From Polymyxa betae A26-41 (Eukaryota; Protista; Endomyxa: Phytomyxea): DNA of 64,000 nucleotides. Below the pieces are notes generated by a model. That model was given only the letters and a program-made list of their open reading frames with translations. It searched no databases and was not told where the DNA came from. Made by a program: the position numbers and the translations under genes. Positions 13,408-25,436 of this stretch are shown piece after piece. Each line of letters starts with the position of its first letter. Position 1 is the first letter of the stretch. Location: assembly GCA_003693705.1 (NCBI GenBank), contig RBZT01000768.1:12027-76026 (forward strand). The letters are read 5' to 3'.

Positions 13408-14206
13408 CGGTGGTTATAATGAAGTAGCGCTCCGTCACTTTACTACAAAGACAAGGAAGATACTGTAACACTGAAAATGGCAAATTAACCGGCGCATGTA
13501 ACGTAATCATTTGGGGAGTGGTAGTGCAGAGCATAAGCTTGTCATCGATGAATTTATTAACGACAATCAAAGCAGAGGTGTCTGGACTCATGATGGTTGG
13601 TGTCTGCGTACTGCTCTTCAGGAATAAGCCGCCCTTTAGTTGAGTCAGTCTACAAACTGGTAGTTGAGCAGAATCCAGTAGTTCTGCATGTTGCTTTCAA
13701 AACCGTCTGCTAATAGCAAAACCAATTATCTAGGGTCAAGGATATCGCCCTCTCGCATCAAACATTTTCGTCATGCCTCTTTCTCTTCATCTGCTATCGA
13801 CATTCTGTCTTTGACTCAGCAATCTATGGGTGAAATTGTAATCACTTTGAAGACGGAAGTAGGGGCTCATGAGAATCATAGTGTAGACATTCGTTTTATA
13901 CCACTTCGCTCGATTGATATTTGAGAGGAATCATATACATCAGCTTCCTCAATTTGTTCGTTCCGGTGATCTGCTGTCATCATGTTAGTTATTGAGGCAT
14001 GTCACTCAGTCAGAATTGTGGGTGCAACGACATTGCATTACTTACTAACAGAACGACGTTGCTCGTATCTGGAGTCGAGAAAGCAGCAGCGATGGACCTT
14101 CACGCTAGTATACAGTATCACAGGTCAATCCAAGAAAAAATAATGATAATGATGGTAAAAGCATATAAGAACTGTATTAGCAAGCAAAGATTGTTAGCCA
14201 AATATT

Positions 14207-15520
14207 TTATAGATGCTGTCTTAACTTGCTCTGCTCTAAAATCATCGTATCGATCAGATAACGTCCAGAATCGGTCCTTGCTATGTCAAATTCCAAAGTC
14301 AGGCCAAGACCCATATTGGCATTATATCTATAAACATCCGAATAACAATCAGCATCAAATCTGATTTTGGACTCTGCCAATTCGGCGATTGCTATTGGGT
14401 TAACTAATTGGCAGTATGAGCCGAGAATATTACCATAGCTGCTCCATAACGTCATATCGATCATGAAAACATTCTTCAGACAGCCTTTGAATTGGCCATA
14501 TTGAAATAGCCAATCACTATGAACACAATCCAGATATGTATCAACTTCAACGCACGATTTCATTGACGATATGAGCGAATATTGCCCAGGTTGGCCACTA
14601 TTGCCATCCAGGTGTACACCAGTGAATGATCGATGCCATAAAATAGCATTAGAAGAACGCATACAGATGGAGAGCGAGCTAATTTCACGACCCCGATGTC
14701 TTGTACAAGGTTTGCTCGAGATTGTGAATCGACATGGAACTAGCAGCTTGAAAATGGAAAAAGATGGTATCGATAAGATTAGAAACTGGAATTCATTGTC
14801 ACATTCAAAAACTGTAATGGAAACATTTCCATTTAATACTGCTTGGGACACCAGAAATCCTTCTGGCTTCGACTCAGCTTTAACAGGTTGCCATTCTGTA
14901 GAATCGTTTGTTTGTGCTATCATGCTTCGCTGAAACGTCGAGCCGCTGACTACCTCTATGTTAAGCGAACTTTTGGAAAAAGCGCCAGGTTGACACTTGA
15001 ACTTCGCTAAGACTGACCAATCGTTGATCTGAAGTTGTCGCAGACACATTTTCATGCGAACGTTCACAGGCTTAAGACGAATCTCAGCCTTAATTCGGAT
15101 ATTTAGCCTCGCTATGACGTTTTTGAGGCGATTATCTGCTAAACCGCCTGGCACCCGGAAGAAATTGTCATTTTGATTCTTGATCATATGTTCCATCTTC
15201 TTAATAGCAACATTCCTCATTTTATGCCAGAAAAGCTGTTGTATTTGACTGGAATCCAGATTGCCACAATCAGGACAGTGCTTCCATTGTCGTTTTAGTG
15301 CTCGAATCAGAAATTGAGGACTGCTGATTAAATTACGAAAATGGCGACATGTAAGAATGCAAGACAACAGGAGATCGTGGACGGGAATGGCCAGCAAGAT
15401 ATCCCATGCCAATGCTTCCGGAAGACCCAGAAGACGATTTGAACCGGGTCCAACCCATGTCGGATTAACAGCAGACCCAGCAGATTTCAAATGGCGTTTA
15501 GCACTGAACGCCAATGGCAT
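14207..15520 (-). CDS. F-box protein, FBXO15-like C-terminal region
   Basis: F-box motif LLGLPEALAWDILLAIPVHDLLLSCILTCRHFRNLISS. C-terminal FKGCLKNVFMIDMTLWSSYG resembles FBXO15. First ATG at 15520 (the ORF track starts at an upstream TTG). Confidence 0.75.
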   Translation of the reverse strand: MPLAFSAKRHLKSAGSAVNPTWVGPGSNRLLGLPEALAWDILLAIPVHDLLLSCILTCRHFRNLISSPQFLIRALKRQWKHCPDCGNLDSSQIQQLFWHKMRNVAIKKMEHMIKNQNDNFFRVPGGLADNRLKNVIARLNIRIKAEIRLKPVNVRMKMCLRQLQINDWSVLAKFKCQPGAFSKSSLNIEVVSGSTFQRSMIAQTNDSTEWQPVKAESKPEGFLVSQAVLNGNVSITVFECDNEFQFLILSIPSFSIFKLLVPCRFTISSKPCTRHRGREISSLSICMRSSNAILWHRSFTGVHLDGNSGQPGQYSLISSMKSCVEVDTYLDCVHSDWLFQYGQFKGCLKNVFMIDMTLWSSYGNILGSYCQLVNPIAIAELAESKIRFDADCYSDVYRYNANMGLGLTLEFDIARTDSGRYLIDTMILEQSKLRQHL

Positions 15521-15699
15521 GAATCTGGGGCAGACGAGAGATGCTAAGAAAGAGGCGAGAACGACGAAGTTCAACCTTGGTGCGTACTACAACGCGTCAC
15601 AATGACTGAATTAACAAAGAGAGACTAAAAAGCAACGATTGAAAAAGAGCATTTCGATTAATCGTCGTACTAAGTCGATCCAAACCTCAGTAACTTAAT

Positions 15700-15960
15700 A
15701 TGACAGATGCTCTGAAGGCATGGCTCGAGACGAAATTCATGGCGGATTGTGCCTATATATTTATTCAGAATGGATATTGTGAACCGGCCGATCTTCTGCC
15801 ATGCTCGCAATCGGAAATTGATGCATTGCTATCCCAACTTCCCAAGCCTGGATATCGATTAAAAGCAAGAATTATGATAGAAGATTTGAGACAAGATAAC
15901 TTTGGCACAGATGGAGCAGCGACAATTATCAACAGAAGGGCTCACAAGCAGCGAATCTAG
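15700..15960 (+). CDS. Small SAM-like domain protein (possibly truncated)
   Basis: LKAWLETKFMADCAYIFIQNGY...DL...EIDALL...KPGYRLKARIMIEDLR matches the SAM pattern WL..L....Y...F...G....L..L...GHR.KI...I..L. Confidence 0.55.
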   Translation: MTDALKAWLETKFMADCAYIFIQNGYCEPADLLPCSQSEIDALLSQLPKPGYRLKARIMIEDLRQDNFGTDGAATIINRRAHKQRI

Positions 15961-16677
15961 CAAAAACAACAATCGGAGCAAGTCAAAAAGGATCAATGGT
16001 GACAGCCGCAGCTTGATCCTTACTTAACATCGGCCCCAGTACCCAACCTTGGCAGGCAATCCATCTTCATGCACTGATAGCTGTGCACAGCTTTTTATGG
16101 CAGTAGACAACTTCAGGAAACATCTTCACGAATGCCCATTCGAGCTGTCAGACAAGGAACATACTTCAGCAGAATGATCTGTCTGTTTCTTAATACAGCA
16201 ACTTGCAAATATTGATTCCGCTCTTGGACGTTTGATAAACAATTTGAAGGTCAAAATACGAATTGGAAATTAATGCTCAAATTGATGCAATACTATTTCC
16301 GTTCGATACGTCGCGTAATGGGGGCAGTCGTATGTGAAAACATCGAGCTTATTTAGACACGAGAATACCGCACGATGGCCTTTGATACTTGAAAGCACAC
16401 AGACCCAGACAAAGACAACACAACGAGAATCAGGTTAGCATGACTGTCTAGACAGAGATTGGAAATGGTGAAATGTGAACGTAAACTGAAGAGGGTGACG
16501 TAATTGACGGAGCAGCCCTCTGGAAATCAACTTCATTTTCCTCTTGTATGTAGGTGGTGCTCTACAACATCTTCGCTATCCGCCTATTCCCATTTCTGCT
16601 CTGGCCATTTCGTCGAATATTATACAGCTGCATCTGACACCACACTGTAACCCGTCCTGTATATATTCTTTTCCGAG

Positions 16678-19600
16678 ATGAGCCAGTTCTTGGCGGATCC
16701 GTCTTGGTCCTTCCTGAAGATTACTAATGGAGTCTTATCACTGGCTCGAAATTCAATTAATGATATTGAAACACAGTTTATGAAGCATGAAGTTGAGCTG
16801 ACAAACTCAATTGAAAAGTTATCAAAATCATTTCAGCAAACCAAGGATATCCCAATTCAGAAAGGACCCAACAATCCTCTCACGGACGAAAACATCGCGA
16901 CGAATGAATCAAATGAAGATAATAATAACGAAGTAGAACGGCAGCCAAAGCCGAAACTGCAAATTAAAGATATCCCAATTCAGACAGGACCCAAGAATCC
17001 TCTCACGGACGAGAAATTCGCAACGATTGAATCAAATGATGACAATATTAACGATGTAGAACGGCAGCCAAAGCCGAAACCTTCCAGGGCCAGAAAAAAG
17101 CAAATTCTTTTTGCTGCATCAGAGCCTGCAGAGAACGTATCCGAAGATCATAATTGCTCAGCAATTTCAGCCACGAATCTAATTAATTCGGATATGTCTG
17201 GTGCCAACACATGTGAAAACGTCACCATCTCTGAATCCGGTGACCTAAATCAGAATCTTTCTGGTGAAAACTATGCTACATGTGCCGAGGGCAAGGCAGA
17301 TGTTCAGCCAACCGAAACTGTACTCTCGCCAATTGTCAGCAGAACCAGGTCGCGGAGGAAAGTGCAGCCAACAGTGGTCACACAACCACGAGAGACTAGA
17401 TCTAGACGACGAGCTCGCAAACAAGAGCCTGTGGCAGAAGTGGATGGCAGCGATGCTAAGGATTCCACCCCGGTCGTCTCTGCTGAAATTTGTGCCACCA
17501 ATCCTAGTGATTCAAAAGAAATTAACCCTGAAGTCAAGGTTTCCGAATTGGTCAATGAAGAGTTGGTTCGAGAAGAGGCTTCTAAAATTGAGGAAGTGCC
17601 AGAACAGGCGGCCCGGCCAAGAGCTCGCAGGGGTCGCAAAGCTGCCACAACCAGAACCACTCGGCAGCGAAAGAAGGCTGCTGTACAGAAGCTTGCTGAT
17701 GACGAAGAGGCAAATTCCACGATTGCCGAAACAGTAGAAGTTGTCGATCTCACTGAATCTACCGGAATCGCACACCATTTGCCTCCGGTTCAGCCTTTGC
17801 ATGAGGAGGCTGATTTAAAAGTAGCCGTTCTGGCTCAGTCTGGTCCAGATTCAACGGATTCGCAAGAAATCAACACCATGTCAAGGCGTGAAATCCAGCT
17901 TGATGTGCCTTCCACATTGCAAAACGCTCCTGTCCTTGTGGAAGAAGCTCATTTGGATCGCAGTGTGTCGCCAAGGTATCTAACGATTTCGAATCTGTTT
18001 ACCTAATTAATTCAGTGTTTAATAGGCAATCAATAATATCTGCTGGTGTTACGGCATCCGATAATCTAAACACATTTGGTTCCCAAAACAGCCATCCTTT
18101 GACAGCTCCTGGGTCAGATGACGTCGAACCTTCGGAATCTTCCAATGTGCACGCATCACGTGGCATCGATTTGGAAGAAAATGTATCTCCTATTTCCTTG
18201 TCCGACTTTTCTAGCAGTGCCGGAAAACAAAATGATTTGCCGATGGTATTTTGCAATTTTTTTTGTCGCGTAAGATATGAACTCCTATTAGGAAATATCT
18301 CCTTATATCGATTCACTATCCTTAAAAGCTTCTCAGTCATTGAACCTCTCTGCGGTAGACTTTGTACATTTTTTATCACTGGATTTGTTTCCTAATACTC
18401 CAGTTTGTTTAGGAATCGCCTGTTGTTAAACATTCATTTGAAGTCAATCGGACCAATGTGCAACCCATTTCTACAGCTGTTCTGCCCCTCAACATACAAA
18501 CTGTCACTGTTCCCAAACAAGAATCTCTCCTGCAATCTCTCTTGGATGATGATAATTTGTCTGATTCAGAAGATATGCAAGTAGATGAACCCCCCGTTAA
18601 CTTTGTTCAGCAAATCTCGAAACCTGCTGTTGAAACCATTCTGGTGGATACGCAATCTACCCAGAACGATCAGGTATTAACTCAAGCGTAGTCTGTGTTT
18701 CTCTTGTTAATAATCATTGTGGCAGAATAATTCCACTAACAAGAGTGCACTGTCAGTTGGCACTACACCGACTCCTAAGATCGATCATCCTGATGCTCCT
18801 TTCCCGTATCGGTTTATCCCACCGACAATTTGTCATGTGCGGTAACATTTTGCTATCGAAACCACTTTCTTAACATCTAGCTTCAGAATACCGTCAATGA
18901 AGCGAAATCATCTCCGCTCGGCGATTTTCGTGGGATGGGCTGTGAGACTGAATCAGGCGTGGTCCCAAACCCAAGCCCACCGATTAAACCGCCAAGTTGC
19001 TTATCTAATAGCAGTCAACCTTTGTTCTTATCGGTGAAATCTAACGCTTTTAACGACCCCAAATCCACCTCTGCAGATAAAGTTAAAAAGTCCACACCTC
19101 CTGTTTCAGGTGTTCTTCAGAGTTTACTAATGAAGGCTCGCGCAGACAGCATTCGAAGGCAATGTCCTGCGAAGCCGAATCAATCTGCTTTGGCTACTGC
19201 TCTTTCCTCGGATGTTGGCAGTAACTCGATTTCGACGCCCTCCACCTGCATCGGATCGGAACCTTTTTCAGTGCAACAAAATGCTGCTTTATCTCATAAT
19301 AGCTGTGAGAAAGCTGCGATGTTGCCCTTAGTAATTTCACCTAACGCCTGTGTCAATGAAAGTTCTTTGCTTTCCTCTACTGCTGCTTTTTCAGCATCAA
19401 ATGCTGATGTACTTCAAGATGGCATCGAAGTTGATGCTTTACATCATTCGGCTGCAAGTAAAACAGAGTCTATTTCCGTCAAGAAATCCTCCACTCAGTT
19501 AACCTGTAATGAAACAGTGCTTGTGGAGTCTAATGACTCTTGCGCATCTAAGGGCGCATCAGTTCCTTATGGTCGCATTGCTTCTAGCAATTTGGACTCC

Positions 19601-22116
19601 CCTGAGAACATCCCTAACAAGATAAAGTCTACCGAAGTCAGCAAGTCCGATTTGTCAGAGAAGCCGGAAAAGATTCGCTCTAAGGACAAACCTAAAGATG
19701 GCGACTTGAAGCTAGATATGCCAGTTCAAGCGCTTTATGGTCCTGAAGTTAGAGCAGATGAACTTGCACAAAAAGGTGTCAGTCTCAAGCAACCGCCTAG
19801 TAAGCACTGCTTTGCGGACAATATATGCTAATTTATATTACAGCGAAAGCTACCGAAGAGGATCGACCCCTGGAGTCTAATGTGTCAAGTTACCTACCAA
19901 CTGTTCGCTCTGAGGACAAACCTAAAAATAAGAACCTTAATGGTCATGCATCAGTCGCTTCACCTTATGACCCGGAATGTAGTAGTAATCCCTGCCCATC
20001 TGTAATAGCCAAAGACGTCAACCTCAAACAACCACCAAGTATGTTTAGTTTTTGTAACATGCTAAACTCAAATCTAATTCTCCTGTCCCAGCAATCGCTA
20101 TCGGAGAGTGTCAACACTGGAAATCGGATGTATCCAGAAATGTACCAACAGTGCTCTCTGAGGACAAACGCAAAACTGAGGATTCAAATGTCAATCTAAC
20201 GGCATCTACTAAGCCTGAAAATCGAAGATCCGGGAAATCTGTTGCAAACCAAAACGCCAACCTCGAGGCACCCCGTGGTATGCTTCGTTTTCATATGTTT
20301 TTCAAATTTGACTTGTAAACAGAGTCGTGTTCCCATGATGTTGTTAGCTCTGAAAACTCGAATCTTCGTTTACTTACTGATTCCATCGCAACTGCTGAAC
20401 AATCAGAATCCAGCTTTTCAGCTGTCGCTGGAGAATCGCGTCTTCTGGAAGCGCCTGGTAAACGCTTTGTTTATGAAGAAGTTGACTCTGCCATTGTCGC
20501 TAAAGCTGATAATTTGGATCGTCCTCTGGCTACCGTAGCACTCGATAATGTCGAAGATGATAAAAACAAGAAGTTCCTCGCAACTGTTTCTACCCAATCA
20601 TCTGGTAGGTCTAATTATTTCATTAACTCAAGAAATTTATTCTGTTAAAAAGTGTTTGCGCCTGAAGAAACCGGCAACGTACCTATTCCAAGTAGTATTC
20701 TTGTCCCCGAAATTGAAACTTCGTATTCACCTCAGGAAGAACTGGAATCTGAACTTGGTCAATGTAAGCTGCAGCGTTTGAATCACTTATATTGACGTTT
20801 CGTAGCAGATGATGACATGGACGAAGATGAGACTCTGGGCGACAATCAGCCAGAGCAACCAGATCAAACTTCAAAATCCGGAAGCGTCTGGGTAAATGCT
20901 ATAATCGAACTTGTGTTGTGCTAAAGCTGTTTCCAGGATTCACTTTATAACGGCTTTAACAACATCAGCACAAATGTTGCCTCGTTTGTACGTCCTAAAG
21001 TACCTGATGCCAAAGCGAAACGAGTCGTTGAAGTTAAAGCTTTAAAGCTTGCTAATGCCAAGCGAAAACGAGACATGGAAAGGCAAGAGGAAATCAAGCT
21101 TCGTAACAAGAAGTAGTCAATTATCTTATTCGGTGCTTGTAAATGACTGATTCTTAGGTTCCAGGAAGTGGGCGAAGAACGCAAGCGAAAAGCAATTGAA
21201 CAAGATCGTCTGAAGGAAACTACTCTGCACGGTGCCACGGATAGCTTATCGGGTCCTGCTAACGCTTCTGTAAGCAGGCCTTCCGCAAAAGCTCAGGATT
21301 GTCAAAAGAAGCCTGCTGAAAGGCTTGTAGAGCTTTCATCAGAAGAGCGGCGTAAGCGCGCCGAAGAAAGAAGGCTGGCGCTTGAAGAAGAAGAAAAGCG
21401 AAAGAGGCAGGAAAAGGAAGAGAACCGACAATTGCAGCGGGAGTTGCTGAAAAAACGGCGCAAAGAGGAAGACGACATAGCCAGGAAGAAGCATAAAATC
21501 ATCGAGGAACCCTCTAAAAAACTTGGCACGATTCTGCCAAGTGATAACGCTTCTGTCTTGTCTAAAAACAAGGATGGTCTCAGGCAGACTGCTAATTCTT
21601 CGTTACAGAATCACAAATTCGCTGTTCCTCAGTTGCCAGCTCCAAGACATTTGTCGAAACCAAAATCTGAGGAAGATCATTATCCATCTGAACCTGTTGT
21701 TGAGATTCCTACTGAGCCGGATCCAAGGTAGGAAATCAGATTGTCTGTTTCATTTCCTTCACTAACCATTTTTATTCAAGCGATTACGAGTCCGATGAAG
21801 AATCTGATGAGAAAGATTTGAAAATGAAAATACCGAAGTGGGCCCAGCATCCAAATCTGTTGAATGCGTTATCAATGCAGGCGTCGACTGATCCTGATAC
21901 AGTCTTCGATCCACATTATCTGAAAACCTGCGATCTAACAGGTTAAAACAGTTTATCCCATACGAAATATTGCTGATCGTTTTATTAGAAATGTTCACTG
22001 ATTACTCCAGTAAGACTCGATTTACAAGAAGGACCAGTAGTGGTAACTGGCTGCAAGATCGTCTTGGTTGGAGAGAAGAACTCGAGTACAAAAGGCGAAA
22101 CGGCTTCCTGCAATAA
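16678..22116 (+). CDS. INCENP: Inner centromere protein INCENP (chromosomal passenger complex), multi-exon
   Basis: Spliced C-terminus gives an IN-box: IPKWAQHPNLLNALSMQASTDPDTVFD...TCDLTEMF...RRTSSGNWLQDRLGWREELEYKRRNGFLQ*. It is preceded by NISTNVASFV...EVKALKLA and an E/K/R-rich single alpha helix, after a long disordered N-terminal region. Confidence 0.85.
16843..17079 (+). repeat. Intragenic 123-bp (41-aa) tandem duplication in INCENP
   Basis: KDIPIQKGPNNPLTDENIATNESNEDNNNEVERQPKPK versus KDIPIQTGPKNPLTDEKFATIESNDDNINDVERQPKPK. Confidence 0.9.
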
Positions 22117-22336
22117 TCCTACCTAACCAAATCAATGTCTATTTAATAATATTATCCATTTTGGTAATCAAAATGATTTTAAAGCACAGTCGAGGGACAT
22201 ATATTGGAAATATGTATGTTTATTCACTGAAGTCGCGATCAAAGCGCCAACAAAACAGCGAAGAATGGTACGATGATATATTGGAAAGTATAACATTCAA
22301 TGGATATTGGAGCTGGAATAATAGAATAATCGGCGA

Positions 22337-23542
22337 TCAAGCATTGGGACTATCGGAAACGACTTGCTCAGGACTGGATCCTTTGAGATCGTGATGAACA
22401 TTGAGACCGAGATCACTCGATCTACCAAGACCATCAGTATCATGAATGCCACCTATGTCAAGTAGTTCATGGCTGCTTGCTTCGTTGAGATGGGAATGTA
22501 CATGGGAATGTACTCCCATCGATGACGGCGTTCCCACAACGTGACTGCCAAAAGCTTCCAGACTGGGATCGTTGTCGTTGGATTTATCGTCCGGATTGCC
22601 GAAGCTGTGCGAATATAGACCAACATGGTACTGCGGCGACAGTGGTGTAGCAGAGATATTTGAATTGGACACCGGTACTGATATTGTTGGGGTACTCGTC
22701 GGTGTTGATATCGGCTCGCTTTTCAGACGTTTGTGCGAATCTGGAGTGTTGGCTAATGGATCTAGATTGGACTCTTCTAGATTCTCTGCGCAGCGTTTCT
22801 TGCTGCCAATCGCCAGATTCGAGTCGTCAGCAGTAGTTGGTGTCATCGGTGTGGATATTGGAGTCGATACACTATGGTGCAAATCATTGCGATGATCGGA
22901 TTTATACGATTCCATCTGCTTTCGGTAACGCTCCCTATCACTCGACGCTCTCTCCTCGTAAGGCCTCTTCTCCTCTGAAGACAGATTCCGCCAGATTTCT
23001 CCCAGTTTGGCACCGATTTTTCCAAATGCCTATGAAATAGAGCATCAGCGATACCGCGATACAAGCCAGGGTCAGCACCAACCAGTTTTGGATTCTCTAG
23101 CTTGAGTTCAGCACGCCGTTCCTTACAGAAGATCATATATGCATTGGAGGCTGCTTTAGGAGCATTAGGATCCTTCTTCTTTTTAGGGGTTTTTTGTGGA
23201 ATAGCACTGGAATCATGAAGCAAGGTCGTGCCACTTTGTGGAACACTTGACCTATTCTCACGAACATTCTGCGTGATCATGCACTTCGGGCATTGAATAT
23301 AGAGAGAATGAGCTGGATGTGCCAATGGTGTAGCACATCCAATACAGACAGTCTGTCTAGGAGCGTGAGGGTCTTGTGTCACATGACAACGTGGACATTG
23401 AATCCAGAGGGAGCCTCGTGGAAATGAAAGCTGGACCGAGCAGTACGCACAATAGATAGTTTGCTGGAGATTTCATTATTAATGATTGCAACGTTCAAGA
23501 TCGAAAACTGCAACGAACCGTACTACCGGACGTAGCGCTCAT
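22337..23542 (-). CDS. HMG-box protein with two N-terminal LSD1-type C4 zinc fingers
   Basis: Spliced: MSATSGST/QTIYCAYCSVQLSFPRGSLWIQCPRC...VCIGCATPLAHPAHSLYIQCPKC; then KKKKDPNAPKAASNAYMIFCKERRAELK/..FGKIGAKLGEIWRNLSSEEKRPYEERASSDRERY (HMG box); S/T/H-rich tail. Confidence 0.85.
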
Positions 23543-24683
23543 ATGTTCCATGCCACGACGCAAATCAAGATTCGTCAGAGTGTGCGGGCGTGTGCCTTCA
23601 ACCGGGGACGTATCTTAACGAAATCGTCTGGTTTCGGAAGAAATTGTTGCCAGCTGCTGGCTGAGTCCACCCGATTATCTGCCGACTGACTGATCCGCAC
23701 TCAGATAGAGACACTCGTCGACGACTTCTCGACTCTAGAATGAGGAAAATCTGCGCGACTTCGTCCGTGTCACGCAATTCTAAGGGTTGCGCACTTGAAA
23801 CCATTCGCATTTGGCATTTGCGCAACAGTTGCGCGGCCTACTGACCCGACTGGGTTAGGGTTTCCCCACGTGACCAGGGTTGGCAACATAGGCTAACCAT
23901 TAAGCGCGCGCTTTTCAATCGTCCAGTTAAGGGCACTGAATGGCTTACCGACTGGGCGCAACCTCGAAGGACGCTTCCACTGATAATGTGGAGCTCAGGT
24001 CCCGCTTTCACACCATCTTGTGCAACAGTAAACTCAGTGGAACTCTCCGACTGCAACACATCATTGCAACTATACAAGTGGTCTCTGGATCTCACTCTCG
24101 GGAGCTTCGTCAACCAGCCGTGGTCTGGTGGACTTTGACATCTCTATCAAGAAAGAATCATTTTTCACATTCAATGCATACAGTGGGAAGCCCACGGGTC
24201 CGGGATCAGCCCTGAATGCAACCAGCCCAATGAATAGAGTGAACCTCACTTTTGTCGTCAAACCGGAATAAGATATATGAAACTGTAGCACCTGTGATCT
24301 GTAACTATTTCCAAACTCGATGGGTTAAAATTGTCAAAAGAATCCATTGTAAGCAAAGAACTTGCCAGTTATCAATTCTGTTTGTAATCCGCCAAACATG
24401 AGCGAATATGGCGCTTTACCAAAAAGCTTTCGGCTTGCTCTTTTACTTTATTCAGGAAGATGCATATTCTTTAACGGTTTCGGTTCCATGAGATTACGGA
24501 TGAAATAAAAAATGTTGCATTTCGTGGTTTGAATGTTATCCGACTCCGCGAATAAAAATGTCCTCTGAAGAGGTGATCCCCTTGGAATGCTCTCTATCTA
24601 CGGCCTTCCGTCTCAATAACATACAAGTTACATTGTTGGAAACTTCCAGTCCTCAATCGCTTGTATTCAAGGCAGATCACGTT

Positions 24684-25337
24684 ATGGCTCGTCGTCAAAC
24701 CAGGTCCTCGTTCGCCAGCCGAGCTGCTGCTCCTCGGCCTGCTCGTGCTCCCACTGCCATCAATAAGACGGCGGCTAACGCGCCGGCTCTGGCTAAGCCC
24801 CAGCCTCAACCCACTGTATGCAATGCAATGTTGGGTATCTCTTCAGAGATGTAATTGGAGTTAGGCGTCTTCCAACCCGATTCCCCAGAGCCAAGGACCT
24901 GTCGGTGGTGGTTTGCTTTCTACTATGGCGTCAGGTATACGGCCAGATTTTCTGGTGATTTCAATACTCACTATTGCTGTAGGAATGGCATTCGGCACAG
25001 GTAGCGCCATCGCTCATCGAGCTGTTGATGCTGTTATGGGTGGTGGATCATCTGGCCACCATCCAGCAGAACAACAGTCTGCTCCTGGTGCTCCAATGGC
25101 GTCGGTTTCCAGCTTCGATCATGAAGGATCATCAGATTCATGCAAAGCTGACTTGAAGGCATTCCAAGATGTAAGTTTGCTTGCATAAATGCATCATGGC
25201 AATGCTGATTATCTGTGGCGTAGTGTTTAGCGGCGAATGGAAACAGCATGTCCAACTGTAAATATTATTTCGATATGCTGCAGCAGTGCCAGCTGCGATC
25301 TCCTCAGCAGCCCTCATTCTCTTTTGGAGATGACTGA
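24684..25337 (+). CDS. CHCHD2: CHCHD2/CHCHD10/Mix17 family mitochondrial protein
   Basis: Arg-rich presequence MARRQTRSS; GLLSTMASG/MAFGTGSAIAHRAVDAVMGG; twin CX9C (CKADLKAFQD/C ... CKYYFDMLQQC); 3 introns. Confidence 0.9.
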
Positions 25338-25436
25338 TTATATGCCTCAGACTGTATTCATGGAATAAACTGAGGAGTGGATCATCAGAAAACTCCCTCA
25401 AAACTGCTAATGCTCTAATCGGCTCCAATTTATATA

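Noticed and set aside
15521-15574. Signal peptide on the F-box protein (MNFVVLASFLASLV...), suggesting a secreted F-box effector
   Set aside because: That extension starts at TTG, not ATG; the first ATG is downstream at 15520.
23600-24550. Possible telomerase RNA or other ncRNA (AAACCCTAACCC template-like motif at ~23852 on the minus strand)
   Set aside because: No recognisable promoter, pseudoknot or terminator; the motif lies in a divergent promoter and is more simply a telo-box-like site.
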